From Promethearchaeota archaeon (GTDB taxonomy: Archaea > Asgardarchaeota > Lokiarchaeia > Sigyniarchaeales > SOKP01): 64,000 nucleotides of DNA. The notes under the pieces are model-generated. The model saw nothing but the letters and a program-made list of their open reading frames with translations. It was not told the origin of the DNA and made no database searches. Each line of letters opens with the position of its first letter. Position 1 is the stretch's first letter. The stretch is taken from contig JAUVXW010000011.1 of assembly GCA_030603385.1 (NCBI GenBank), positions 1-64,000 on the forward strand, written 5' to 3'. The translations under genes were made by a program, and so were the position numbers. Positions 18,676-32,200 of the stretch are shown one piece after another.

Positions 18676-18726
18676 GAAGGTTTACTTTAGCAATTTCTGC
18701 AAACACAACCTGAAACAGAGAAAATA

Positions 18727-19287
18727 TTAAATACTCAGTAAATTTGAACTTGCGTTTAGCAAAATCTCACAGTCGCAATGACCACCGTAATAACTGCATA
18801 AATGAAACAATTTATCTTGAGTTTCCTTATTTATTCCCATTTTGTCTAAAATTCTTTTAGAAGCCATATAGCCGTTGCATCTTGATCCGGAGCGCGATAA
18901 ATTAATACCCTCTTCTCCCGCTAATCTATTTAAGAACTCTTTTATTTCTTCTATGCTCATCTGGAGCTTAATTCTCAACTTTCTATAATAAACACGTTCT
19001 GAATTACATTCAACACAATCCCATTGCTTGAATTTAGGGATATATATCATATCCTTATCAGAACTACCGCAAAGACTACAAGAACAGATAGATAGCTCTA
19101 GCATTAAGTCCAAACTTGAAATTTCCTTCTGTATCTTTATTGCTCTATTATTACTATTTTTGGACCACTCTTCCCGAAGAGAGCTCCTAATATCTTCTTT
19201 CCATAATTTTAATAGAGTTCTTAACTCACTTCTAACTTTTCTTAGACGTTGACTCTTAATTATGATTGCTCTTTCCTTTTTCATCAA
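18727..19287 (-). CDS. Putative cognate immunity protein: zinc-finger domain plus C-terminal DUF2695-like domain
   Basis: Starts 59 nt after the giant ORF stop on the same strand. CSLC...WDCVEC is shared with 7004-7381. The C-terminal YGGHCDCEILLN resembles the DUF2695 signature. Confidence 0.75.
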   Translation of the reverse strand: MMKKERAIIIKSQRLRKVRSELRTLLKLWKEDIRSSLREEWSKNSNNRAIKIQKEISSLDLMLELSICSCSLCGSSDKDMIYIPKFKQWDCVECNSERVYYRKLRIKLQMSIEEIKEFLNRLAGEEGINLSRSGSRCNGYMASKRILDKMGINKETQDKLFHLCSYYGGHCDCEILLNASSNLLSI

Positions 19288-19346
19288 ATATAACTATTAC
19301 TAATATTAAGCAATTAAAATAAAAAAGACTATTTAGATATATATGT

Positions 19347-20200
19347 TTATGGTATCCAAACGCCCCAAGTCTCTCTAATAAAATCGACATCTTCTAAATG
19401 GACGTATAAATGAAGCAATTTTCTCGCATGAGGGTGATTCACCATAAACAAATATGTATCCATTTGAGTCTTACCTTTAGATATCCACAGCGGACCGTAT
19501 GTAGGATAAAGTTGGTTTATAAACTCTTCAAAGTCCTGATTAAGATCAGCTAGCTTCTGAATTCGCTTATTGAATTCTTCTAACCTAGCATTAAAGGAAT
19601 TGGTAGAACTTACACCAGTAGTACTCCCTTGCTTCCACCACTCAATCACCGTTCTACCATCGGTTAGCCTATACTGAGAACCTCCACCTAAGATTATGAA
19701 TACATCATTAATATCTTGTTCAGTAATTAAATGTCTTGGATCGGTACCTCTTCTATATTTATCAATACCTCTTTCAACTAGCATTTCTAATCCTTGTAAT
19801 AATATCTCTGTGTCTTGAAGTGAGACTTGACGAGAACCATAAACACCATGATATTGAGTCTTTGTGATTAATAAATCCCTTATGTGTATTGACCACCCTC
19901 TACTTGGGTCTTTATGATGAATATTATACATACTAGCACTAAAAAGTGTTTCATCTAACCAATCAAAAAAGAGTGAATCGAATCCTAAATCTCTAGACAA
20001 AAGGTTCATAATCAAGTATGCTCTAATGTGTTCATCATGCTCAAACAGATTTCTTAAGCTTTTATGGGTTGGCCTTCTTAGAACATTATAAAGAGTAACT
20101 TTCTTGCTCTCAGTTACAATATCTAAATAAGTATTTATAGCTAGAATTGTATTTTCATAAATGTTTATCTTTGACACATCTGTCTCCTGCCTTACAGCTC
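19347..20200 (-). other. Giant protein domain: C-terminal HNH-like nuclease tip
   Basis: YNIHHKDPSRGWSIHIRDLLITKTQYH follows the HH-x-NL-x-H pattern of His-Me finger nucleases, with Asp in place of Asn. The motif is conserved in 5847-6908. Confidence 0.6.
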
Positions 20201-23200
20201 GCTGTAGTTCATCAATGATAGCCTCTAAATTTGGTATAACCAATAACCAATCGCCTTGTAGTCCCAATCTCAATGGGGTTCTAGCTCCAACGATGTCGTC
20301 GATATCAGCAAATGATAATTTAGGATTATCTTTGTATACGGCAAATGCATACCAAATATAATTCAAAAGGTCACGCTTCATTTCATCAATATCATTTCCA
20401 TATTGAGTTTTGAAAGATTGTGAGCTCTCAAATATGTAAACTTTATCATATGGGCTACTTTTAACCCATCTATCAATTATAGAGATCATTTGTGTCTTTT
20501 TAAGATTTATAACCCAGTCATCAATCCGAGATATTTGTTCTGAAAATTGACTGAAATCAAATTCAATAATACAATATTCCATCCAATTGAGTGTTGGAGC
20601 GTTTGGTCTTTGTAGAATTTTTGGATTACTTTCGTAACTAGCCAGGAATTCATTGAATAAATAATTATCATCACCAAACAATAAACGAGATACCTTAGCA
20701 GAGTCAAGGTTAGCTAACCCGATCACTGATATAATATCCTCAATTAGATCAAGCTTTCGATTATCAGGGAAACGTTGTCTTAATTCATCAATTCTATTCT
20801 CAACAGTCGGTATTTCATTTTCAACAGCTCTGATACGGTCTAGATATGGTTTTGCGATTGTTTCAAGATTAATTCTTAATCTTCCTTTTAATGAATTTTC
20901 TATTTGAATGTTTGAACAAATCTTATCAATGTAATCATTAATTGTAGAGGACATCTGCATTTTAACAGCACCACTTTCTAACTTAGAAAGAATCGCAGGA
21001 AATGTGGATTCATGAAGACCAATAAGCCTTGCGATACTACTTAAAGAAATCCGAGGAAAATTCTCATTGTCATATTTTTTTAATATGCCACTCCAACCGT
21101 AGAATGTCTGGGAAGCATATTTATAGAATCTGCTTTCAGCTTCTAGTCCATATATTCTATACTGGAGATCAAACAAAACATCAATTCTACCCATTATCCC
21201 CTCCTGCCTTGCTATGTCATATTCATGCACAACCTCTGCTTTTATCTGCCCATATATTTGATCTAAATCTGAAAAATCCGGCTTTGATTTATACCTATCA
21301 TTTGAAGGGTCCTTAGCCATGTACTCTGTTAGGCTAATCACTTGTCTACCAGCTACATTCCTCAAAGCTGTAATAGTTTTAGATGGGATTACCCCTTGCT
21401 CATATAAGTGGTCAATTAATTCTTGCCTAAATACAATATAATGAGGCAAATTAGGATTAGATTCCGATAGCCTTACATCTTCATCAGTATATAATTGTCC
21501 CTCTGAGCGAATCCAACTATCGATAATAAGATTCTTTTCGTAATCTGTAATTGAGGAAATACCATTTTGACTAATTCTTCTCAGGATTCCTTCTATATGC
21601 ACTGTTGGCGTATCTGCAGGTACTAAGACGATCTTATCAGTGACAATATTATGACCATGTTCATCTAGCCATTTTGAGTGACTCTCCGTAGATCTTGGCA
21701 TTAAAATTAACTTGTCATCTTTCAATAAATATGGTTGCAATTGTACATCAACATCATACATTCTTTCCAACTCTTGAGTATACTCCTCTATTGTTAATGA
21801 CTCAGAGAACTCCTCTCGAAATTCAAGATCTGTGGTAATCCTTTCATTTGCATTTGGACCAGGAATAATTCCAAATGCTATATGTCTGGGATCATAGAGG
21901 ACCACTCCAGTATAATCTGTATATCTAAGAAGTGTAGGATAATCCTTTAAAGATTCTCTTACCACTTCCTTTATAGATTCAACCACTTTGGTAAACTCAA
22001 GTGTGTCTATGTCTCTTACTATTCCCTCAAGTTCAGCTTTCTTATCAGCGATTCGATAATCTTGAGTAAGTTCGCCAATCCAATCAGCTAATCGAACCTC
22101 ATTAAATTTATTCGCAAGCTGTTCTTTAGCCTTGATATCTCTAGGATTATGGTCTATGGAGGTGAGAACGTCTACTAATGGCGGAGCTCTAATTTCAGAT
22201 TCTTGCTGGTTTTTATGGACATTATTAACATCCTCTATTTCCGAATCTAAGCCCGATGGTTTTCTCAGCTTTTCTTGCACATTCCGTGTAAATTGAGAGT
22301 CTTCTCCTGAAACTTGTGATATCTTACCCTTTTTGAATACATTAATCTTGGCCTTAAATGCCGCAAATTTCTCTGGAGCAAGACTGATCGTGCCCTTACC
22401 AATACTACTTAGTCCTTTTAATGTTAAGAAAGTAAATGAACCAAATAGGACTGCTGGCAAGGCCATGAAAATTCCTTTAAAGAAGCCAGACTTGAGTAAT
22501 CGTTCCCAAGTCTTCCTTTCCTCTTGCTTCTCTGATTCTACCTCTTGTTGTTGTTGTAGAGTCTGTTCAATCTTCTGGCGCATATCAGCCTCGGTTTTCG
22601 CATCTCCTGCGTTTATAGCATCTTTCAATAAGGCGATATCATTCTTAATATCTGGACCAAGTCTACCAAGTGCTAGCTGTCCTAAAGCACCTTTAACTTC
22701 TCGATATGAAGTCGCTAAGGAAGATAACCAGAAGCCTAATTCTTCAGACCATCCTACTATATCGATAAAATTCTCGATCAATGCTTCAATAAATCCGTCT
22801 CTAATGATTTCCTCGAATGTCTCTTGAATGGCACTTGTAACCATTTTTACCGCGCCTTGTCCTATTAGTCCTGCAACAGATTGCACTCCTGCCTTTGCCA
22901 TGAATGCTGAAGTTCCCATTACTGCCCATGAACCGAAATATATGGCAGCAGAACTAATTAAAGTAGACCAGAATGTAATAGTCTCGGTATAAGCAATTTC
23001 AGAGATCATGTGAGCTGTAACTTCAGCATAGGTATATTGATTGAAATAATCCATAACAAGATGCTGGGTTGCTTGTGCTAAAGCTAAACTGTGTGTTTCT
23101 TCTGTGGTGTCTGGTACAAATATATCAAAGTAAATATGAACTTTATAATATATAAGAGAATCCACTAATCCTGAATTGAGAGCAGTTTCGAAATCTTTAT

Positions 23201-26200
23201 ATTGTTCTGATTCTGATATAATTTCTTCTAATGATTTAGTGAAATAGAGATTACCTTGGTCAATTGTATAATATAATTCATTGACAACAAAATCTTGAGT
23301 ATAGTACCCACTACCCTTTACCACATCAATAGAAATATAACTAATTGGATATTCAAACCCATTGTCGTTTATAGGAACTTTTACTTTATAACCTGCCTTA
23401 AGTTCGACATCATTCATCTCATAAGCATTTACTCCCTTTGTATTAGTATATTCTTCGCATTGAACTTGTATAATCAAATGACCTAATCTAGGTCCTATCT
23501 CGTTGTACCGCTCCTCGCTTAGAACAATTGGACGGTATAGCCCTGACTGTGGTAATACCTTCTCATAATCATTGCGATTAATAAATTCATATTGAGGTCG
23601 CCCGTCAACACATGTGGCTCGAATAGCATTAAATTCGTTATCTGATGCAATTTGTACTTTTCTCTCAAGGTATCCTAGAGTATTTAATGCATATGCGTTA
23701 TAATCATTGAAATCCCCATCGGTATTTGGGAAAGCATAATTTGATCTGTAATTATACGAGGGTAATTCACTTGCTAGCAAGAAATAATCTAAATTCATAT
23801 CATCAAAATCTAGAGCGTAAAACGCATCTGGATCAGACTCTCCCATACTCCAGAGATTCTCCCATAATAACTCCAACAACCCACCAAACGAATCTAAACT
23901 TCGAGCTGGGTTTGGAGGGCTAACTAAAAGTTGTCCGGTATATTGATTTCCAGGTTCACCACCGCTTACTGTGGTATAATAACCACCGGGATGTCCAATA
24001 AGAGCTGCCGCCATACTGTCTCCGAGAACTCTATCCCATATCATCTTCTCATTTAGAGAGATGGGTTTTTGTATCTCGTTTGATACTGGATAAAATGTCT
24101 CAGAACGAGTCCTAGATTCTGCTTCGTGAAGTTCTATATCAATAAAGAATTTAGTCATTAATGTGTAAACCCCTAAATAGGTCAACGTAGCCGCCGCTTT
24201 GGCTGCTGCCCATCCAAATCCTAAAGTAGCTGCCGTAATAATGGCCTCAACCGTCGCGCTGAGAACTGTGGCAGTGATCGTCATAAAAACTTGCTGTGCA
24301 ATATCGCCTAATAGTTGGCTTCTATATTGCTTCCATGCATCTGAATAAGTCTTATGCCTAACTTCATAGAATAATTCTGAAAATTCTTTGTTTTTAGAGC
24401 TTTTTTCTACAAGTTTATGAACTTCAAATATTTGATCTTTTGGCTTATATTCATCCCAAATAGACTCTTCTTCCCATAATAAATCACAATTCCTAAGTTT
24501 GTTGAAGTTATATACCCAATCAGATCCAAACATGGTAGATTCTCTCGCTAAGTTATCGAAGTCTGTAATTGTATGTTCTTGCTTATCTATCTTTTCATAT
24601 GGCGCGAAATCGTGAATACCATCATAGTTATATCCTATTGAAATTACATTATATTTTGGCACTGCTGAACGATCAGAACTATAGGAATTCTCTAAGATGT
24701 AGACAGTTTCATAGAAATTATTTTGATCCGTATCTACATAGAAATAATGCCCAGAAGTCTTGGCGGTTCCTTCGATGAAAGATTCTATATCGGAAGTATA
24801 GTATACTTGACCATCTTGAGGAGTGACTAACACGCCTTTTACTTCAAATTCAACCCAACCATCGTCTGCAACACTAGACCTATGATTTACACCAAAATCA
24901 TTATACAAGGAATAGCGATTTGGCATTCTGATAATGATTGTTGTTTCAAACACATTTGTGGTATAAGAATAATCTTCACCAGAAACTTGCAGAGAATCAT
25001 ATTTTACAGGCACTTGGTCTGGACCCCATGTCTTAGTATTCCAACTAATGTTTGCGGGATGTGAAAATGGTATCTCAGGATCAAAAACCACTATATTTTG
25101 CTGGTCTGTGTCAAGATTAGTTATTGAATGTTCATCAGAAAGAGTCGAGAAGAAGCTTTCTACATTATCGATTTCATAATTCTCAAAATCATCTGTATAA
25201 ATCCTCTGCTCTTCAATTTCTCCCTCGTCATCAAAGTCAATTACAGATATTGTCGAATGCTCGAAATTATCAATATAGGTGGTAGTAATGTTTTGAGTAA
25301 ATTTCCTATATGTCGCACGTAGTACATCGGCATTTTTCTGTGTATACAAGCTACATGTACTAAAATCTTGAGAATCAAGATGTTCTTCTGTTAGCTGTTC
25401 ATTAAATACGGCATCATCACCTGAGCCACCAAAAAGGGAGCTAAGACTTCTTGCAACATATTCTGCTAGATAGGTAAATATATCCTGATATTTTGCGGCA
25501 ATAATTGTCTTCTTATATTCATTTACTTCGTAATATATATCAACACTTGTACTCTCATAACTAATTTGAGAATCAGGTATGCCATCGCGGTCATCATCTA
25601 CCTTTACACTATAGAAGCTGGATTTTACATACTCCTCTCTATTTACTTGCTGCTGGGTGGATCTTTGTGCCCAATAATCCACATCGGGAAGAATCATCCT
25701 GGATATATGATAAACTATCTTGTGTAATGAAAGTACTATACGAAGTAATTTACCTATATTAAATTCATAATGGGCAAATTGTCTATCATTTATGTCAAAC
25801 CATTGTGTTCTCTTTTCTTCTAGCATCTCTTGGTTTATGCTAACTTCTGTATTCTTGAAATCTTGGATAACGGTATGCCAATAAATCTCACCTGATCCTA
25901 GTGGATCGTCAATGCCGTATTTAATAATGTCAATTTTCCCGTCTCTGTCTACATCAATCGTATGCTTATAGTCTGGCTCTCCATTCATATCAACATCTGC
26001 CATGTAAATAATGGAACTTTCATCATAATAAACTTCAAAATTATCAAATAATTCTGAACCGTATACGGTTAACTTATTATTAGTACTAATATCTGGATTT
26101 CGACAATAATCAATAGAGGTAAATGAGGTAAAATCACTTGAAATTGCTTCAGAACTTTCGGCAAATAATGCTGTTCCTGAGTCCGTTCTATAACGATAAT

Positions 26201-29200
26201 CTATATCTATGTAATTATAAAATGTTTCTTCGGGATCAGTTAAATATGTCTGATTAAACTGGTCTAATAAATAAATTTCAGTAAAGCTAGAAATTGGACC
26301 ATATGAATAATTCAAAATTGCAGTAATTTGATCAAAACGATCTAAATGGCCATTCTGATCTGTAATATTTAATGTCTTTGTCGTTTTATTAAACTCAACA
26401 GTGTAGTTAATGTTATTAGTCAATATTTCAGATTCTAAGGTCGGCGTTAATCCTATTACTTTATATAAGCTTAGATTTACAAAATCGGTCTCGAAAGAGT
26501 GGTTGCCTATATCAAAAGTATGGATATATTGAGAAACATCATTATAAACCGTGAAACTTTCGTAGTAATACTGGACGACTTCATATTCAGATTCTTCCTT
26601 AAACGAATATGCAATACTTTCATAGGAATGGTCTATGCTAAATTGCTCGATATACCACTCATAATATTCTGGCTTTAGTAAATAGTTATAATCGTAAATC
26701 ACGCGAATGGATTGAAGATCAATATTTTCTTCCTCGATTCGAATTGGTTCAGCCCAAGAAGTGTTTGCTGAGTATTCAAAGAATAGTGTCTTATTAGGTC
26801 CAACCATTAACGGTTCCTCAAATTCCATACCAAAATACTCGGGGAATTGGTTGAATGAAGGGTTCCATGTAAAAGTGTTATTGGTAGGCTCATAATGTAA
26901 CTGATGGTCATTTCCGGTTAATCCTGCGGTATAATAATTACCATCCTCGTCATAAATATTAAGATAATCTAACCATTCTGTATTAGGATAGAATAATGGA
27001 GAATTTTCTAAGGTTAATTGATAAGAGTCATCTTCGGGATTTGCGCTAGATTTATTAATCTCGACCTCAGTAAATTGCCATATACGACTATCCCAGTTTC
27101 CAGATTCTATTGTAGGTTCAGAAGATTCTTCTATGATAAGAATCTCGTTAATAGTTAACTCATAGCAAGGATTAGGTACAGAAAAGATCAGATGGCTGAA
27201 ATTTAGAATATCACTACCTGTAGATTGATAAAGAGATTTTAGATTTAGATCAATTTTTACTGCCTTAAACTTGCCATTATATTCTGTGTCAAATGGAGTT
27301 GGCTGCAATGGAACTTGATAATAATAATCACTAGTAAATTCAGAATAACTATCTGAGGAACTTGCATCAACTAATAGGAATTCTGCTTTAGGGAGATCTG
27401 GATGTGAATCATAATTATATCCTTTATTTTCAAGGTATAATCCTCCTATACCTAGAGCAATTCCTTTTTTCACAGGGGAATTGTAGCGAATAACAATATT
27501 CTGTCCTTCTTGGAATCTAACAGTCTCATTAGTATCTGGATCATAATATAATGTAGGTATATGTAATGTATAAATGTCTGATTCTATTGTATAAGTTATA
27601 TCCTCTGGAAAGCTCAGGAGTTGTAGCCTATCATTAAAAATATAGGCTAAATTATCGAGATCTGTCTTTAAATCGTATTCTAATTCGATATGGATACAAT
27701 CCACGCCGTCATCTCTCTTAGACATAATTTCAAGACTATGCTCTACAATTTGATATCTACCAATACCAATTGTATTATCTTGGTTATATTCGGAATCGGT
27801 TCTAAAAGTAGGACTAAATCTTATCTTTTTCAGTGTGTTTGAAGTTGTTGGAAGGTCTATTTTAATACTGTAATCATTCATCTCTAACTCGTCTTTAGTG
27901 ATAATCTTTGTAAATCCAGACATGAGACCTGAATCATCATAAAGTTTTATGGTAAGATACTCAAGACTTTCAATATTCTTTATATTGGTATCAAGGTAAA
28001 TGGCAAGATAATTACCGTCCTGTATCCCGTCAATTAAATCTTCATCGTAATTTTCTAACTCAGCCTTAATATTGAATTCTAATTCTTTTCCTTCATTAAG
28101 ATATGCTGCTATTTGAGAGGCGTGGCATACGATATTTTGTAAAGTAGACTTATTTTCGTTTATAAAGTAATAAGCATCTAAGTTTGGAATTACATCGACA
28201 CCCTCAAGGCCTAAAATATCCCAATGAGTTACATTTAACGTTTCAGTTATGTTCATAGTAGGATTATAATAAAATTCATAACTGGCAAACTCTCGATCCT
28301 TACTTTCTGGAATAAATGAGACATAGAATTCTCTTATATCGTTTGGGGAAACGATTATATTGCGATCATTTTTCAAGGTAATCTTATTTTCAGCAGAGTC
28401 TATGGTGTAATGAGAGGCATCTAAAAACTTCATATTACCAACCAGATCGAAATAATATACTGAAATAGCATCTTCCCCATCAACAGAAAGCTCTGATACA
28501 TATTGGTCTATGCCATCCTTCATAATATAATAGAACTCATATTCAGGATTATCGTAATCAAATTCAAATTTTTCTTCAAAATAATCTTTCTCATTTAGCC
28601 GATAGCTTAAATAAAGGCTATATTTATTTTCGACTGAAAGACTGTACTCGAAGGGGCTAATAATAGTGCCAGTGAGTTTTCTATAGCTTTCTCGATACAT
28701 AATAGAATCATATGGGGTATCAAATACATTTGACCAAGGATAGGTGACTATTAAGAAGTGCTTTCTATCGAGTAATCCTGGTTGAAGTTTAAATTTGTAT
28801 TTGAGTTGAATTTCACTGTTTGGGTCTATATATCCTAATTGGCCTTGTGATTTGTTGTTAAAATAAATATATCTACTCTCAATTTTTTGCACGTAATCAT
28901 GAAATTCGCTCTCATTTGAATAAGCAACCAATTGATCGTTGATATAAAGGGCGATATGATATGCATCATGGGCATCTCCTAAATAGTCATAGTTAAATGG
29001 TGTTCGACTTAATGGATACCGTAATAAAGTGGAATTATATTTAGATAATGCATATACATAGGAGTTTTCAACTAACTGATAATCTGGTTCATAGTATTTA
29101 ATATAGTCTTCAATTGCGGTAAAATTCATAGTATAATTGTAAGAATTTGGGGCATTTTGAACGATATAACTTCTTGACTCGAAATTAGGAAGCTCAAATA

Positions 29201-32200
29201 CCCTCATAGTGTTTTCATCTTCTCCCAATTGGATAAGAGTATAAATATTTGGGAAAACTTCATGGTCTTCAAGATATTGATCTTCTGGTACAATATATTG
29301 TACGCTAAACAAATCAGTACTTGTCTCTCCGGTATATAGTATTGAAATATTATAATACTCCAAAGGTTTGAAGTTAAATAGGTCTTGCCCATCATGAATA
29401 TATGACTCGTTAAAGATCTCCCATTCTAAAGCGCTATATTCCACAGTAAAGCTTGCCTCATCGTCAAAATCAGGATGTAAGCGGTATAGATCTTCATCAG
29501 TAAAGCCGAAATCCCATTCTATTTGAGAAATATAGGGATCTTCAGGATCTTCGTGAATATAATAATCATAATCTTGGACAAATTCACAATTTACCCAATA
29601 ATCAACCATTATTTTATTCTGGTAATCGGTATAAGAGCTTAAATCACCAATAGGTCTAAAAGATAGAATATAAGCTGTTCCATTCTCATCAAATTCTAAA
29701 GCAAAATCTAAAGGAAATTCAAGAGTCTGCTCAGATGGGGTAAATGCACCACTATAACCCGTTTGAACTTCACAATAATCATCCATGTATTTTCCTATTG
29801 GAAAGCCTTGTACCGATAATGCATAATGATATGGTAATCCTACTGTCCTAATCTCATCGACTTCAAAATCCTCTGGGAGTTGTAAACCAAAATAAATATT
29901 TCCTTCATAATTGGGGAATATATCATTCATTACTGAAGAACTATTTGTATCTACATCTAAATCGAAAATCTGATGATAGAATGCCCTTCCACTTGCAGTA
30001 ATTCTGTCTGTCGTTAAGAATTGGTAGACAAAATTATATGTATCTTCCCATGAAGTGGATTTATAATTATTTATATTAGATCTATAATCTGGTATAAAAT
30101 CTCCTTCATAATCCATAAAAATAGATGATGTATATTGTTTTTCACCATCAATTTGCGTACCAGAACCATAATATAAATCGAGAAAACCGTCTTGATATAA
30201 TGGCTCTTCGATATTATAAGTATCAATGAACATACCCAAGTTGGGAATCATATAGAAATTGGTGTCATTAACAAGAAGAGTCTCTGAAGTACCTAAGAAA
30301 CCAAATTCATAATCCTCTCCATCCGAATTTACTGAAACAAGTGTCGCGTTAGGTAAGCCTTGAAGCCCTATTGTGACTTCACTCCCATCAATTAGTTCAA
30401 AGGGGGAATCTCCATATGGGGTTCCATCAATAAAGGGCTGAGAAAATACTTGATAATAGTGGGGCGTGTTAATTGCTGATTTGGTCAGGAATTTTCCTTG
30501 TCTATTTAAAGGTGCCCTATCATAATTTTCGACAATATGTTCGTCTGCTACATAATCAAACGATTCTAAAATAATATAAGGAATATAATTAGAACTATCT
30601 CCTTCATGATGTAAAATAACTTCGATATCAACAGTATCGGCCCCAACCATATCATAAATTGCTTGAAGATCTTTATAATATTGAATTGAATATATATTAT
30701 TTACAATATCAGGTGATAAATCAGAATAGTCTAACGGAATGACAATAGGATCTGAATAAAATTCATAAAATCCATCATTTGTAATATATTTAAACTCGAT
30801 TGTGAGGTTATTAAAATCGTTATCAAATGTATCTATTAGGTCTAAAACAGTATGATCGAGTGTAAAATTTAAATTAATTTCAGGGGCATATAGCAAAGGC
30901 ACATTAAACAATTTAAGAGATGTCGTATCGTTCGAATTATCTAAAGATATATATAATGAAAGATCATCAAGATCACACGAAAATAACTCATTATCTGAAC
31001 CGTCTATTATCTTCGAAGAAGAACTATCATTATACATCAGTCTGACAGAATCACTATATGATCTATTTATTTTCTGGAATCCATAGCTGAGAGTATATTG
31101 CGATTTTACTCCATAAATTACATTAAATTCTGTACCTGGTGCCTGACTAAACAATATTTTCAAGTGGTTATTATCAAGATTCTTATCAATTGGGTTATTA
31201 TCATTAAGCTTTTCTAATTCCTCCTCATTATAGATAATAAAATCTGATAATGTGGCACTTAGTTTACCATAAGGCATTATGTAATCAGCGGTAGCCCCAT
31301 CGCAAGACTCAATAAATCGTGTATACATAGGAGAATAAGAACTATTGCTTGCTGGTAAAAATCCTTGTGGTAATCGTAGCTCAATGGAACTTTCATTATA
31401 TGTTTTGAGTTGTCCCAAATATCCTAGAGTAACATTGCCAAAAATTTTGCCTGTAAAATCAAACTTTAGCTTATAGGCAATTGAAAATTCAGAACCCGAA
31501 TCAGGTAATTTGCTTCCTATGAAACGAATGATTGAATCATTATGTAAACTACCAGAAGGATTATAAGGCATAATCCAGTCGATATCCTGAACGAATTCAT
31601 ATTCATCTCCGTCTTTTCTACCCTTTATCCTTAAAGCGTCTATTTCCACTAAGGCTAGAAGAGATAGTAACTCGCTATCAGCATCTATTCCATAATCTAA
31701 AGTCTCATTGCTAAATAATAATGCGATTTCTTGACCATATATCTGACCATTTTCTGTTCCTCCCAAATACAATATGCCTGTCTCTTCTTCGACTAACCCT
31801 TCTTTGTCTACTGTAATAATATCATTAAAATAAACCCCGTCATCATATATTGACCAAGTAGTATTAGGAGTACTACTAGAAGGATTAGCTTCTAAGCGTA
31901 GATCTAATAAGTATATCTCAACATTTCTTAAGTCTTCATAGATCTCGTCTTTGTTGAAATTAATGTTAAATGATAAATTCAAATCGCATTGTAATCCCAT
32001 TAAAAACGCATTTTCAGGCCCAAGACCAGTTTTAAAAGTCAAAATCCCATCATGATTACCAGGACGAAGCATGATGTTATTTTCTAATGGAAATGTGCTG
32101 GTGGTTCCATCATCATTATAAATTGTGCAATCTAAATTGATTTCAATATAATCTTGAATGGAGCGCTCAATCTCATCACTGGTACCCATGAAATCGGGCT

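Noticed and set aside
1351-19252. Short antisense or alternate-frame ORFs overlapping real genes (e.g. 1351-1542, 6193-6426, 8176-8451, 9688-9960, 14792-15097, 19028-19252)
   Set aside because: They overlap better-supported CDSs and have Ser/Phe/Leu-rich antisense-type composition.
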